Positions 51,827 to 63,211 of a stretch of DNA of 64,000 bases are shown piece after piece. The notes beneath the pieces are model-generated. The model searched no databases and was not told the DNA's origin. It saw nothing but the letters and a program-made list of their open reading frames with translations. Within the stretch, counting starts at the first letter, position 1, and every line of letters begins with the position of its first letter. The stretch lies in IMG/VR virus record IMGVR_UViG_3300035502_001146; one strand, 5' to 3'. This stretch comes from an uncultured virus (IMG/VR IMGVR_UViG_3300035502_001146). Lineage: Duplodnaviria > Heunggongvirae > Uroviricota > Caudoviricetes. The translations under genes and the position numbers were made by a program.

Positions 51827-52612
51827 ATGGCAAACACAGGAACTAAGGCAACAAAAAAAATCAAACTTTATGATGTAAAGAAAATAAAATATAAGGATAC
51901 TGAATTTGTTGGTATGCTCATCGAACAGGAATATGAAGGTTATGGAGAAATGAAATTTCTACAGTTAGACAGTAGTATAAGACATTTGTGGTTTAAAAGT
52001 GCAAATGATTACACTGTAACGGCTGTTAGACTTGCTCCAAAGGTTAGAGAACAGTTTGATAAAACAAAGGCTGAATATCAAAACTATGACAAATTGATAA
52101 AGGAAATAAAAGCGTTAAGACTTAAAATTTCAGCAGCTGAAACAAAAGTTAATAAGGCTAAAGAAAATCTTGCAAATGCAAGTGGTTTGATTAGCAGAGA
52201 AAACTTTGACAAAAAGGTTGAGGAAATCTTTAAGAATAGCAGAGATAACATCGACAGGAAATCTGATTATTGCTATGTTACAAGTAGTAGCGATGATACA
52301 ATTAGCGTTGGTTTTGAAACAATAATTGAAAAGTATGCTGATGCTGACAGTTATAGTTTTATTGATAGAGAGTATGACGGAACTCTTTGGATAAACGATA
52401 GTGATAAAAATGCAAAAGCAACAGTAAAGAAGTTTATGGCTAACAGGCTGAACCTCAAAAAGAAGTTAAAAGATATTGAGTTCTCAACAGACGGATATCT
52501 TGATATTGGGGATAAAAACACTTTAATGTATACACATCAGATAACGATTAAGTTTACAGAGAGAAATGCAAAGGTACTCAAAAAAATCGAAAAGGTAATC
52601 AGTGAATTATAA
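51827..52612 (+). CDS. Hypothetical protein; C-terminus paralogous to 62198-62641
   Basis: YSFID...DG...IEK.ISEL motif. Confidence 0.75.
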   Translation: MANTGTKATKKIKLYDVKKIKYKDTEFVGMLIEQEYEGYGEMKFLQLDSSIRHLWFKSANDYTVTAVRLAPKVREQFDKTKAEYQNYDKLIKEIKALRLKISAAETKVNKAKENLANASGLISRENFDKKVEEIFKNSRDNIDRKSDYCYVTSSSDDTISVGFETIIEKYADADSYSFIDREYDGTLWINDSDKNAKATVKKFMANRLNLKKKLKDIEFSTDGYLDIGDKNTLMYTHQITIKFTERNAKVLKKIEKVISEL

Positions 52613-52752
52613 TAAATAAGGTGGGAGAAATCCCACCTATTTTTATGTTTAAAAAGTTTGTTAAATACTTGCACAATATTGTTAAATTTTTAACAATCTC
52701 CGCCCCTTGGCTTATTAAATGGTTTAATAAGGTGAGCAGATACTGTTTTTAG

Positions 52753-53010
52753 TTATCAACATATTTATCAACATTGTATGTTAATAAGTGTTGATAACTC
52801 TATTTTTATCAACATACAATTTTGTTTTATTTTTCAAACTATGTTAATTAATGTTGATAGATGTGGATAACTTTTGACTTATTAACATCTTATCAACATA
52901 CATATTCAACGATATAGTAGGTATTTGAGGCACTTATCAACATTTTTGACTATCCCCTACTACTACTATATATATTAATATTAATAATCATGTATATATG
53001 TATATATTAA
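52753..53010. other. oriC-like replication origin (DnaA boxes, DnaA-trios, AT-rich DUE)
   Basis: About 11 TTATCAACA/TTATCCACA-type boxes at 52753-52942; CTACTACTACTA at 52957-52968; AT-rich tract follows. Confidence 0.7.
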
Positions 53011-54166
53011 TTTAGTTATACTTTAGATATTAGTATATACTTTATCCTTAGATATAAAATAATTAATATATATCCATGCATGATTATTCTTTTTATATTA
53101 TATAAATTAATACTTAGGGTAGATGTTATATTAAGATATTAATTATATATAGTCTACTGTTAATCTTAGTATATAATTTATTTCTTAGTATGGAGGTTAG
53201 CCTAAGTAATAAATAATAGGGTATTATTAAAGTATTAGATATCCTAAGTATAAATTCATAGCCAAAATTGAGTTATACCCTCAAAAGGTATGGTGTGTAA
53301 TTACTAAGGTTATCCGTAGCAGCGATAGTATAGACTATGGATATAGTACCACAAACTATGGATAATGGCAACACCCAATTTATTAAATCATTTATTTACA
53401 GACAGGGTTGTAAGTGGAAATCTCATATACAACAGAGGTATTGATTTATATATAGCTGAATATGAGCCGTAAATGCCCTTATTTTTGATTTTAAGCAAAT
53501 TTAGGATAAGTTATACAGGCAGTTTATTAAATACGCTAAAAACAGCATTTAAACGCAAAATAAAGCATAGTGTATTTTTTGCTCTTCGGTTATGAATATC
53601 GCATATAATATTCAGCGTTACAATTTTTCTATATGGTTTGATTTTTTAAACTATCCTTTGTCTTAAATATTTATCGAAAAAACATTTACTGAAAAAATAT
53701 TTATCTGAAAAAAATTCATCAAATAACTTTTTTAAATATTTAACCCGTTAAATAAATTTCAATTAAATAAATAATTTATAAAGCAGTTTTATCTTTACAC
53801 AATATTTCCACATAACAAAATATAGTCTTATATTCTCTTATTTTGCCTTTTAAAGCGGTTGTTTTGATTTTATGTATAATTCACCTATTAAATATTTAAT
53901 GCAGCTTAGAGAGTGAATATAAAGCAAATAAACTATAATAAATATTTAAAGCTGAAAAGTAGTAAATATTTAAAATCAGCTCAACAATTTTTTTCTATGA
54001 GTAAATAAATAATAAATCATTTAATAATGCAACAATAATACAGCGGTATAATTATAATCCTATAATCAATATAAGTATTTAGTATTTGAAATTCATTAAA
54101 GAGTATGTTATAATATACTTGTAAACGAAAATATTACTTGTAACTTTTTGAAAGGGGTTATGGAAA

Positions 54167-54724
54167 ATGAGAAATTTTGAAAACATCAGCTTAGAGGAAA
54201 TTTTAGCTAAGAAAAATAATATTGAGATAACAATTTCAGAAGAAAAAGCAAAGGTTGTTGCGATTGAAAGTGAAAAAGATAAAATATATGAGCTTATGAT
54301 TGAAAAGTTCAAAAAAGACTTAACTGAAATCAACAATGTATGGAAAGAATTAAAAATTCGGAAGTTTATGTTTAATACAGAAGTAAAATTCCTTTACAAA
54401 TTAAATAATGAGGTTGTAAAGCAATCATTTGTTGGTTTTTATTTTAGAGAAGATAAAAAGACGGCACTTATAGATACTTTGGTTTGTAACAACGGAAAGA
54501 ATTTAAGAATATCTGCTTATGATAAATTGGAAATCAGCGGTTGGGAATTTAAAGAAAATATTGCAAAAATCTATGCGGTATGGAATGATGCAATAAAGGT
54601 AATTAAACAACAACTTGCGGATGAATATATAAATATGAAAAATAAAGAAGTTGACGATATTATAAATAAATATAATACTGAAAAACTTGCTTTAGCTGAA
54701 CTTAAACAATTATTTGTAGGATAA
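54167..54724 (+). CDS. Hypothetical protein, paralog of 54959-55525
   Basis: FENI...EEKAKVV...QQLADEYI motif. Confidence 0.75.
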   Translation: MRNFENISLEEILAKKNNIEITISEEKAKVVAIESEKDKIYELMIEKFKKDLTEINNVWKELKIRKFMFNTEVKFLYKLNNEVVKQSFVGFYFREDKKTALIDTLVCNNGKNLRISAYDKLEISGWEFKENIAKIYAVWNDAIKVIKQQLADEYINMKNKEVDDIINKYNTEKLALAELKQLFVG

Positions 54725-54958
54725 ATATAGGAAAAATATAAAAAAGGCGGTGATGTAATAAGGGGTGAGCGAATTCACCCTTTTTCTATGTGAAAAATTC
54801 TTGATATGAAATATTTTAATAAATTATTTAATAAGCGACACAGTGAGTGTATAATATAAAACTTATAATAAATATAGGTTTATAGTATTTGCAATTTCTT
54901 AAACAGTATGTTATAATATATTTGTAAACAAAAACGAATACTTAAACGAAAGGAAGTT

Positions 54959-55525
54959 TTGACTATGAGAAAATTCGAAAATATAACAGTTGATGAGGTT
55001 ATCGCAAGAAGGGATAAAATAGAAATTGCGGTTGCTGAAGAAAAAGCGAAAGTTGTTGGTCTGAAGAATGAAAAGACTAAATTGTATGAATTGATGTTTG
55101 ATAAACTTGTAAAAGGATTACAGCTTGTAAACGATACTTATAAGGAATTGAAAATTGAAAAAGAAGATTTTAACACAGGTTTTTCAGTTCCTTATACTCC
55201 TTATCATAATGGTTCACCTTACGATGCAAAAGTATGTATTACATTCAAGCAAGACCAAAAAAATCCGATTGTATATGTAACATATAAAAATGATTATCAT
55301 ACAAAAAATGATGTCATTTGGGATGGTACAAACTTTGAAAATTGGTACAAAAGAGAAATGATAGTAACTCTTTATTCTATATTGAATGATTTTATCCCAA
55401 CAGTTAGGCAACAGTTAGCAGATGAATATATAAGAGTAAAGAATGAGCAGCTTGAAAAGATACAGCGTAAGTATGAAAAGGAAATGAACGATATAGAAGA
55501 AATGAAAAGAATGCTTGTTGGTTAA
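54959..55525 (+). CDS. Hypothetical protein
   Basis: Paralog of 54167-54724. Confidence 0.75.
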   Translation: MTMRKFENITVDEVIARRDKIEIAVAEEKAKVVGLKNEKTKLYELMFDKLVKGLQLVNDTYKELKIEKEDFNTGFSVPYTPYHNGSPYDAKVCITFKQDQKNPIVYVTYKNDYHTKNDVIWDGTNFENWYKREMIVTLYSILNDFIPTVRQQLADEYIRVKNEQLEKIQRKYEKEMNDIEEMKRMLVG

Positions 55526-55959
55526 AAAAATGAGGGTGGAAAAATTCCACCCTTTTTTATTTAATTGAGGTTATTAAATGATTTATTATTTATTTATAAT
55601 TTTAAATATTCAATAAAATATTCCGCAGCTGAATGCTTAAAGTAATAAATGATTTTATATGTGGTAATAAAGCCATATAATGCGTTTTACCTCTGATTAT
55701 GATTTATTATGTATAAATGTTTAATTAAATATAAACACCCTCTTAAAATGCAAATATGAGCTATTTATAAATACTTTAAAATGTAAATAACTTAAATATT
55801 TAACCCAATGTTTTAAATTAAAATATATAATATAAAACCTATAATAAATATAGGATTAAAGTATTTGCAATTTATGACTTTATCTGTTATAATATACTTG
55901 TAAACAAAAACAAGTGACTACCAAAAAGGTAGGGTAAAGAATGAAAGGGGCAAAAAATT

Positions 55960-56190
55960 ATGACATTGATAATTAGAGATTGTGTAGAACGCAACTATAT
56001 TTACGGAATTTTGAAAGTAAATTCTGAAAAGGTTACAAGAGAAGAAGTAATTGAAAAGATTGAAGAAATCAAATACGGCTTTGATGAAGTTGGATTTGAT
56101 TGGGGCGATGAAGATATAATCAATGAATTGCCTAAAGAATGGAAGTGTGAATACACAACGGCAAGTGACTTCTATAATGTGGCTATTTAA
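55960..56190 (+). CDS. Small acidic hypothetical protein
   Basis: Promoter and RBS. Confidence 0.65.
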   Translation: MTLIIRDCVERNYIYGILKVNSEKVTREEVIEKIEEIKYGFDEVGFDWGDEDIINELPKEWKCEYTTASDFYNVAI

Positions 56191-56207
56191 GGAAAGGAGA
56201 ATGAAAA

Positions 56208-56525
56208 ATGAAGTGTTATGAATTGGTAAAAGATATCGTTGAAAATCATAAGTATGATATGGAAAAGGACGATATCAAGAAGATTATTGCAATCGCTTAC
56301 TATTATGGTAGGGAACAGGCTGTTAGGGAATTTTCCGAAGAAGTCAATAAGGTACTGAAAGACCAACAAGAAAGAGTGCAGCAATGTAGATATAAAAATA
56401 TGGCTATGAAAATTCAAGGCAATATATCCAATATTTACAGTGCAGACCACAGCGGAGAAATGACAAATATATTCGGTGCAGATAAAACAAATATAACATT
56501 GGATAAATTGGAAAATATAATATAA
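56208..56525 (+). CDS. Hypothetical protein
   Basis: AAGGAG RBS. Confidence 0.65.
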   Translation: MKCYELVKDIVENHKYDMEKDDIKKIIAIAYYYGREQAVREFSEEVNKVLKDQQERVQQCRYKNMAMKIQGNISNIYSADHSGEMTNIFGADKTNITLDKLENII

Positions 56526-56785
56526 AAAGTAGGTGAATAAATAAATTATAAAGGGTAGATTTTTCTACCCTTTTATTTTTGCAAGCCTTCTAAATAAATT
56601 CTTTAATAAAAAATTCCTTAATAAATTGTTTAATAACACATAAGTATAAACCTATAATCAATATAAATATTAAGTATTTGAAATTTTCTAAATAGTATGG
56701 TATAATATATTTAGAAGTTAAGAGTAAGGACTTAACCTTTAGCGTAAACAATGTTTTGTAGAATTATCGAAAGGGGATTTTAAAT

Positions 56786-57508
56786 ATGGCAGTAGTACAG
56801 ACAGTAGAAATCGTAATTGAAAAAAGAGGATATACAGAACTTAACGAAGTATTAAGAAAGAATTGTCTTTATCCCTCAACCATAAGAAAGGTAAACGATA
56901 TTTATATAGTAAAGTTTGATGCAATTCAGTGGTTTAGCGGTGATAGAGAATACAAGGCGGTAGAAACAATATTGAAGGTCTTTGACGAATACGATGACCG
57001 CTACATTAAGGGTTATGGATATAAACTCCTTTGCATTGATAAGGAAGAAATTGGAGAAGATAACAGCTATACAGAAAGCAATAACAGGGGAGATAAGGTG
57101 TTCGCTGATTATATCATTGACTATGGTATGATTATTGAGCCAACACTTGAAAATGTTGAATATATCGACTTTAAGCCTTTAAATATGTATAATGATATCC
57201 CTTATGCAGCAAAAAGCACAGTTTATAACTATATGAGAAATTTAAACACAAAGTTGTTTAAATTAGATAATTATTGTGTGCGTGACGAAAGGGAAGAACT
57301 TTTGAATATTGATATAGCATATACAATCATTCCGAGTGAAGAATATGTAAATGCGTTGGGTGAAGTCGTGAATTTAACAAGTGATTTTATTTACGAGTTA
57401 CAGGAAGAATTGCAGTTGTGTGTTGAAATACTTTTCTATGATAAAATCAAAGATATTGCAGTAACACAGATGAATAATATGTTATGGATAACTGTATCAA
57501 TGAAATAA
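56786..57508 (+). CDS. Hypothetical protein
   Basis: Promoter, RBS, terminator; N-terminus similar to the ORF at 63685. Confidence 0.75.
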   Translation: MAVVQTVEIVIEKRGYTELNEVLRKNCLYPSTIRKVNDIYIVKFDAIQWFSGDREYKAVETILKVFDEYDDRYIKGYGYKLLCIDKEEIGEDNSYTESNNRGDKVFADYIIDYGMIIEPTLENVEYIDFKPLNMYNDIPYAAKSTVYNYMRNLNTKLFKLDNYCVRDEREELLNIDIAYTIIPSEEYVNALGEVVNLTSDFIYELQEELQLCVEILFYDKIKDIAVTQMNNMLWITVSMK

Positions 57509-57871
57509 AATATAAAGGTGGGAGAAATCTCACCTTTTTTATTATTAGAAAAATATATAATGAAAAAATATATTATGATTGTTAAATTTTTAACAAAGTA
57601 TGTCCCCAATGCTTATTAAATCATTTATTAAAGTAACCTTATAAAAAATCCTATAAATATTTTAGGTTATGCAAAATCTAAAATATATTTACATAATCAA
57701 GTTTAATTCTAAAGTAATTTAAGTAATTTTTTTATAATTTTCTTATAAAATTTTAGAGAATAGTGTTGACAAACAATAAAAAAGTGGTAGAATATTGTTA
57801 GTTTAAAAAAGTTCTTAATTATTTGATTGAGAATAATACTCTAAGTTTTAATTATTTAAGGAGGAATTTCT

Positions 57872-58948
57872 ATGGCAACAAAATCAGTGTTAGAGATTTT
57901 CAACACGCTCATTGAAAATGATGCAAAAGTTATCTATGCGAAAAACTACAACAGAATAACAACAAAAGTAGTAGATAAGTTCAATCGTTTTATAAAAAAC
58001 GAAAAACCAAGTGTTACATCTATTACAACTAAAACCTTTGAAATTAACGAAGAAAAAATTAATTTTGTTTTAAACAATAAGGTTGATGGTGTTGTAGAAC
58101 TCAATCCGAGGGAAGCAAAAGCTGTTGGTTTGGATAAAACAATTCCTTGCAATATTTGGAGAAAACAAGCTTATGTGTATAATGGTAAGGTTAATATCCC
58201 TGTTATGAATGTTGTTGTTCCTAAAAAGTTTATTGAAAATATGGATTTTTTGGAAGATATAAAAAAATATTCTGAAAACGAAGTTACGGCAAGCATTAAT
58301 CTGATGGGTAGACCTATTGTAAATGATATTGCAATCGTTAATAACAAAAAGCTGTTTGATATGGTTGAAAAAGTTAATGTAGCGAAAATAAAATATGCAG
58401 TTGCAGAATATCTTTACAAAGATAAAATTCATATTCAGTATAATAAAAAGTATACTGACGAACAAATCAAACTTCTTAATTTTTATGCTATCAATCCAAA
58501 AGGTGAATACACAGGTATTGAGAATGTAAAAGAAAAAGATGAAGTTAATGGAGCTAAAAAGGAAAGAATTACAAAGGTTTATATTAAAGATTTACAAAAA
58601 ATACCTTCTGTAAATCAAGTGCTTAAAGATATTGCGGCGAATAAAAACCTTAATGCTCATAGTCGTGCAATAAAAGAAGAATATGAAAAACAAAATAAAA
58701 TTCTTGATATTATGGAAGCGGAAGAAAAAGAATGGTATATTAAGAATTTGAAGAAAAGAAATTACACAAACCTTACAAATGCAAAAATGATGCTTATTGC
58801 AAGTAAAAACAAAGCATTATTAAATAATGTTTTGTTTAATAACCCAACAGAGGTTAAATCAAAAAGTAATGGCTCAACAGATTATATGTTTGACTTTGAT
58901 AAAGGTAGATTAGTTATAAATGATATGATTAAAGATGTAGCAATCTAA
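57872..58948 (+). CDS. Hypothetical protein, paralog of 44754-45809
   Basis: Full-length similarity. Confidence 0.8.
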   Translation: MATKSVLEIFNTLIENDAKVIYAKNYNRITTKVVDKFNRFIKNEKPSVTSITTKTFEINEEKINFVLNNKVDGVVELNPREAKAVGLDKTIPCNIWRKQAYVYNGKVNIPVMNVVVPKKFIENMDFLEDIKKYSENEVTASINLMGRPIVNDIAIVNNKKLFDMVEKVNVAKIKYAVAEYLYKDKIHIQYNKKYTDEQIKLLNFYAINPKGEYTGIENVKEKDEVNGAKKERITKVYIKDLQKIPSVNQVLKDIAANKNLNAHSRAIKEEYEKQNKILDIMEAEEKEWYIKNLKKRNYTNLTNAKMMLIASKNKALLNNVLFNNPTEVKSKSNGSTDYMFDFDKGRLVINDMIKDVAI

Positions 58949-59154
58949 TGTAAAGGGTGATTAAATCACCCTTTTTTATTTTGTTAAAATTCTTTTATAA
59001 ATAAATTATTTAATAATTCACACCATAACTATATAACAAAAATATTATAATGATTATAAATATTAAGTATTTGCAATTTATAACTTTATCTGCTATAATA
59101 TACTTGTAAACAAAAATAAATACTTGATTGAAGTTTTTAAAGGAGGACTTGATT

Positions 59155-59373
59155 ATGATTAAGGAAGTAGTAAAGGTTTATATTGATGAGCTTAACGAAA
59201 ATCATTTAGGTGATTTTGTAAGGTGTAATGATTGTGGTTGTCTTATGCTTATGCAGTTGGGTGGGACAACTTGCGGAGATTGCGAAAGTGAGAATCTCGA
59301 ATGGGCAGACGAAAGACAAGAGGTAACTCTTGAAGAGCTTGAAGTCGAGGGTTATATAATTGAAATTCAATAA
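59155..59373 (+). CDS. Small zinc-ribbon protein
   Basis: CNDC...CGDC. Confidence 0.7.
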   Translation: MIKEVVKVYIDELNENHLGDFVRCNDCGCLMLMQLGGTTCGDCESENLEWADERQEVTLEELEVEGYIIEIQ

Positions 59374-59453
59374 GTAAACATTGTAGGGATTGTTGATATT
59401 GTAAAAATTATTAGCAATCCCGTAACTTAAAAATTTGAAAGGTGGAATAAATT

Positions 59454-60002
59454 ATGATTATGAAAGAAGTAGCAACAAAACTTGTAAATATATGTGCATA
59501 TAATGCTGACAACTATAATACAGAGGGTGCATTTTGCAAATGTAATAAATGCGGTAGTTTGATGTTGTTTATTGATATTGATTATAATAACGATAATGAA
59601 ATTGCTGTATGTGTAAACTGTAAGAGCGATGATATTACAAATGTAGATGATAGAGATACAGTATCTATTGAAGAACTTAAAGACGAAGGATATAAGCTCA
59701 AAAGCCGTATGGTTTTGGAAGATTGTGATATATACTTTGCTCCAAGAAAAACAATAGTAAGTCCATTATTTGCATTTGAAGAAATCTTATGGAGAATATT
59801 TGACTATGAAGATATTGTAATGGAAGAAAAAAACAGCGAAGTTAATTTTTACAATGCAGACGATGACGAAATGTCTTATAGAGATGTTCTTGAAAAAATA
59901 GGAGAATTTCTCGGAGAAGATGTTATTGATTTACATATCAAACACGAAACCGATAGCACAGGTTTTGATTTTGAAACTGTATGGATTGAAGTAAGAGGAT
60001 AA
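59454..60002 (+). CDS. Zinc-ribbon protein; N-terminus like 59155, C-terminus like 60195
   Basis: CNKC...CVNC; C-terminal H...VW motif. Confidence 0.7.
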   Translation: MIMKEVATKLVNICAYNADNYNTEGAFCKCNKCGSLMLFIDIDYNNDNEIAVCVNCKSDDITNVDDRDTVSIEELKDEGYKLKSRMVLEDCDIYFAPRKTIVSPLFAFEEILWRIFDYEDIVMEEKNSEVNFYNADDDEMSYRDVLEKIGEFLGEDVIDLHIKHETDSTGFDFETVWIEVRG

Positions 60003-60194
60003 TTACTAAAAATGAAAGGTGAGAAACTATCTCACCTTTTTGTTAATATGTTATTATTAAATAATTTATTAAATCGTAGTTATATAATTATAAGGTTATA
60101 ATAAATATAAAATTAAAGTATTTGAAGTTTTTGACTTTATCTGTTATAATATACTTAGAAAGTAAATAATAAATATTTCAAGGAGGTTTTTAAA

Positions 60195-60461
60195 ATGAAA
60201 AATGTAAAGGAAACTATGTTGAAGAAATGTATTACTATTGATTTTGATACTTTTAAAAATATTATAGAAGAAATCTATGAGAATGAAAAAATCGAAATGA
60301 GTATTGAAGAAGATGGATTATATGCTTATTACGAAAATGGCGAAGCTATATTAGGTTTTGAATTGTCAAGAGCTTTATCCGAATATTTTGATATCAATGT
60401 AGAAAGTTTTCATACAGATAGAGATTATGATTATCCATCTGTATGGGTAGTATATCATTAA
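60195..60461 (+). CDS. Small acidic hypothetical protein
   Basis: Promoter and AGGAGG RBS. Confidence 0.7.
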   Translation: MKNVKETMLKKCITIDFDTFKNIIEEIYENEKIEMSIEEDGLYAYYENGEAILGFELSRALSEYFDINVESFHTDRDYDYPSVWVVYH

Positions 60462-60641
60462 AAGAGATATTATTAATAATATAGTAATTTATAACAGGGA
60501 TTTTTTAACATCCCTGTTTTTTATAATATTTTTATTGACAAAACATAAAAAATGTGGTATTGTTTATTTATAGAAATATTTCATAAACATACCAAAATAA
60601 AATTTAATTATAGTAAAAAATATCAAAAGGGCGGTGAATAT

Positions 60642-60878
60642 ATGATTATTGAAAAAAAGGTAATGAAGTTTATTCCCTCACATTGCCAACACAGAATAAA
60701 AACAATATTTGTTTTGGAGAATGGGGAATATAGTCAAGAATTAAGAAAATATAGAAATGTTTATATTGCAAAGTTAAATGATAATTATACCACAGCCGAT
60801 GGTGATACGGAAGTTAAAAGTACAAGTATAGGCAGATTGGTTTATTTATTAAGTAATGAAGTAATATATAATAATTAA
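60642..60878 (+). CDS. Hypothetical protein
   Basis: Promoter from 60535; RBS. Confidence 0.55.
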   Translation: MIIEKKVMKFIPSHCQHRIKTIFVLENGEYSQELRKYRNVYIAKLNDNYTTADGDTEVKSTSIGRLVYLLSNEVIYNN

Positions 60879-61137
60879 AAGACTTATACTTTAAAATTTT
60901 TATATTCACAAAGACTTTTCTTATAAATCAAAACTTCTTTTTATAATTAAATATTTTTAAATAATATATACGGGTGTTTTAATTATAAACACCCTTTATT
61001 TTAATTTATTTTGCCGTTTTAAGACTATGTTTAATATTCCTTTATAATTTATCCATATAATTATTTACGCAGCGTACAAGGCAAAATAAACAATAATACA
61101 ACAGGAATGTTTTTGTATATAAATTGAGGTGATAGAA

Positions 61138-61359
61138 ATGTATATATACAAAGTAAATTTAATTGAGCGGAAAACAAATAATATAAGTAAAACAATTTAC
61201 AGTACAGATGATTATGATATAGCAATCGGGTTAGTAAATGAATGGAACAGAAAAAATATAAATGATTATGACTTTAGTAAGATAAATGATTATATTGATT
61301 ATACATCAGAAGGCTATATAATGAATGTAGAAATCGAAGAAAAACCGAATAATACTTAA
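61138..61359 (+). CDS. Hypothetical protein
   Basis: GAGGTG RBS. Confidence 0.55.
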   Translation: MYIYKVNLIERKTNNISKTIYSTDDYDIAIGLVNEWNRKNINDYDFSKINDYIDYTSEGYIMNVEIEEKPNNT

Positions 61360-61731
61360 TAAATTATTTAATAAATATTTTTATTTAAGAGTTTTTTTCA
61401 TCAAATAACTTCTTAAATATTTAAAACTAATAAATCATTTATTAAATAAAAACTTACAGCAACATTAGAAATAATTTATTAAAGAAATGTTTGTTAAATA
61501 TATTTATACTTTATTATTTAATATAAAGCCGTTATTAGCTCATTTAATTATAAATGAATAAAAATATGCAGCAAATGTAAATACCCTCTTAAAACGCAAA
61601 TATAAGCGGAATAAGATTTACTTTTTAATATATCAATATAAACTATTCGATATTAAATTAAAATATTTACTTTATTCTCACAAAAATATAAGTAAACAAT
61701 CAATAAAGAATGTTTATATTATATATTAAAT

Positions 61732-61852
61732 TTGGTGAGTGGTGGATTGCTACATCAATTCGGTGCAACCTTAAAACTCTACAGCAGTGTTGAACTGTAT
61801 GTGATATGAGCTACCCTCACCCTACGGATGGCAAATCACCCGAAGTCACCAT
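61732..61852 (-). ncRNA. Candidate GC-rich structured small RNA
   Basis: Closing stem TGGTGA/TCACCA; minus-strand promoter at ~61899-61930. Confidence 0.45.
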
Positions 61853-62197
61853 AACATACTTTTTTTACAAAAATATGGGTGCTTATTATTTTCACAATAT
61901 TATAATAACATATCATAAATTGGTTGTCAAGTAAAAATATTATGAATAAAAAGTATTAAAGCGTTATAGATAAAAGTAATATAAATATCTAAAAATTATT
62001 TAAGAGGGTTTTTACCCTCTTTTTTATTTAAAAAACTTTTCTTAATAAATCATTTATTAGCGGTTCATATATTTTTTATTCACAAATTATTCATAATTAA
62101 TTTTAAAAATTAGTTAAAAACACTTGACAAACAACAGAATGTGTGATATTATAATATATATAAACAACATAACTTAAATCTGAAAGGTGGTTTTATA

Positions 62198-62641
62198 ATG
62201 AAAGAAATGAATATATCTATAAGCGAAGAAATGTTCAGAGAGAAGATAGAAGATATTTTCTATAAGTATCAAGAAAAGATTGATAAGAATTGTAATTGTG
62301 TAAATCCTTTGGATTACGGCAAGGAAAAATCAATCAGTATGGCTTTTATGACTTTTATTGATAGAGATATTATTACAGATAATTACAGCTTTATTGATAA
62401 GAAGTTTGACGGCAGCATCTATATAAACACCAAAGATAAAACTTATAAAGCAATGCTGAAAGAGCTAAAAGGCGAAAGAATAAATATAAGTAAGAGATTG
62501 AAGAACTTTAAAATAAAGACTAATGGTGAAATCAATCTGACTTATAAAGATTTATCATATAGTCACATTATAACGATTGATTATAAGGAATGTGACACAA
62601 GAACAGTTAAACAGATTGAAAAGATAATAAGTGAGCTGTAA
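62198..62641 (+). CDS. Hypothetical protein
   Basis: Paralog of the 51827 C-terminus. Confidence 0.7.
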   Translation: MKEMNISISEEMFREKIEDIFYKYQEKIDKNCNCVNPLDYGKEKSISMAFMTFIDRDIITDNYSFIDKKFDGSIYINTKDKTYKAMLKELKGERINISKRLKNFKIKTNGEINLTYKDLSYSHIITIDYKECDTRTVKQIEKIISEL

Positions 62642-62892
62642 GGGTGGAGCAATCCACCTTTTTATGTAAAGATTTTTTCTATAAAGACTTCTTTTGCAAT
62701 CTTTATTAAATCATTTATTAAGCATTGTTTTATTAAATAATATTTTTCAATCATTCATAATTTCTTAATAATTAAATTTTAAAAAACTCTTGACAATTAA
62801 CAGCAAAAGTGATATAATGTATTTAACAGTTAAGGAAATTTAATTGTTAAACGTAAACAAAATATATATTTAAAACTGAAAGGGGTTTTATT

Positions 62893-63189
62893 ATGAGAAG
62901 ATTATATCTTATGACTGTCACACACACTTATGATAGTGACTATACAGCAAAAGCTTTTGCTACCGAAAAAGAAGCTATTACAGCTATGAATGAATGGCTT
63001 GATGCAGCTGTAAAGCAACAGGAAGAAATGAGTGGCTATACACCTTATGTATTCGAAATAGAAGATACTTGCAAAAAGATGTTTTACAATGAGGAAGAAG
63101 ATGTACAGTCTACAGATGATTATACCGAAGTCAAAGTTATGACAATTCCGATTGACTTAGATATTATCAGCGGACTATTGACAGATTAA
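62893..63189 (+). CDS. Hypothetical acidic protein
   Basis: Paralog of 50669-50959. Confidence 0.75.
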   Translation: MRRLYLMTVTHTYDSDYTAKAFATEKEAITAMNEWLDAAVKQQEEMSGYTPYVFEIEDTCKKMFYNEEEDVQSTDDYTEVKVMTIPIDLDIISGLLTD

Positions 63190-63211
63190 CAATGAAAGGT
63201 GTGAAGTATAA

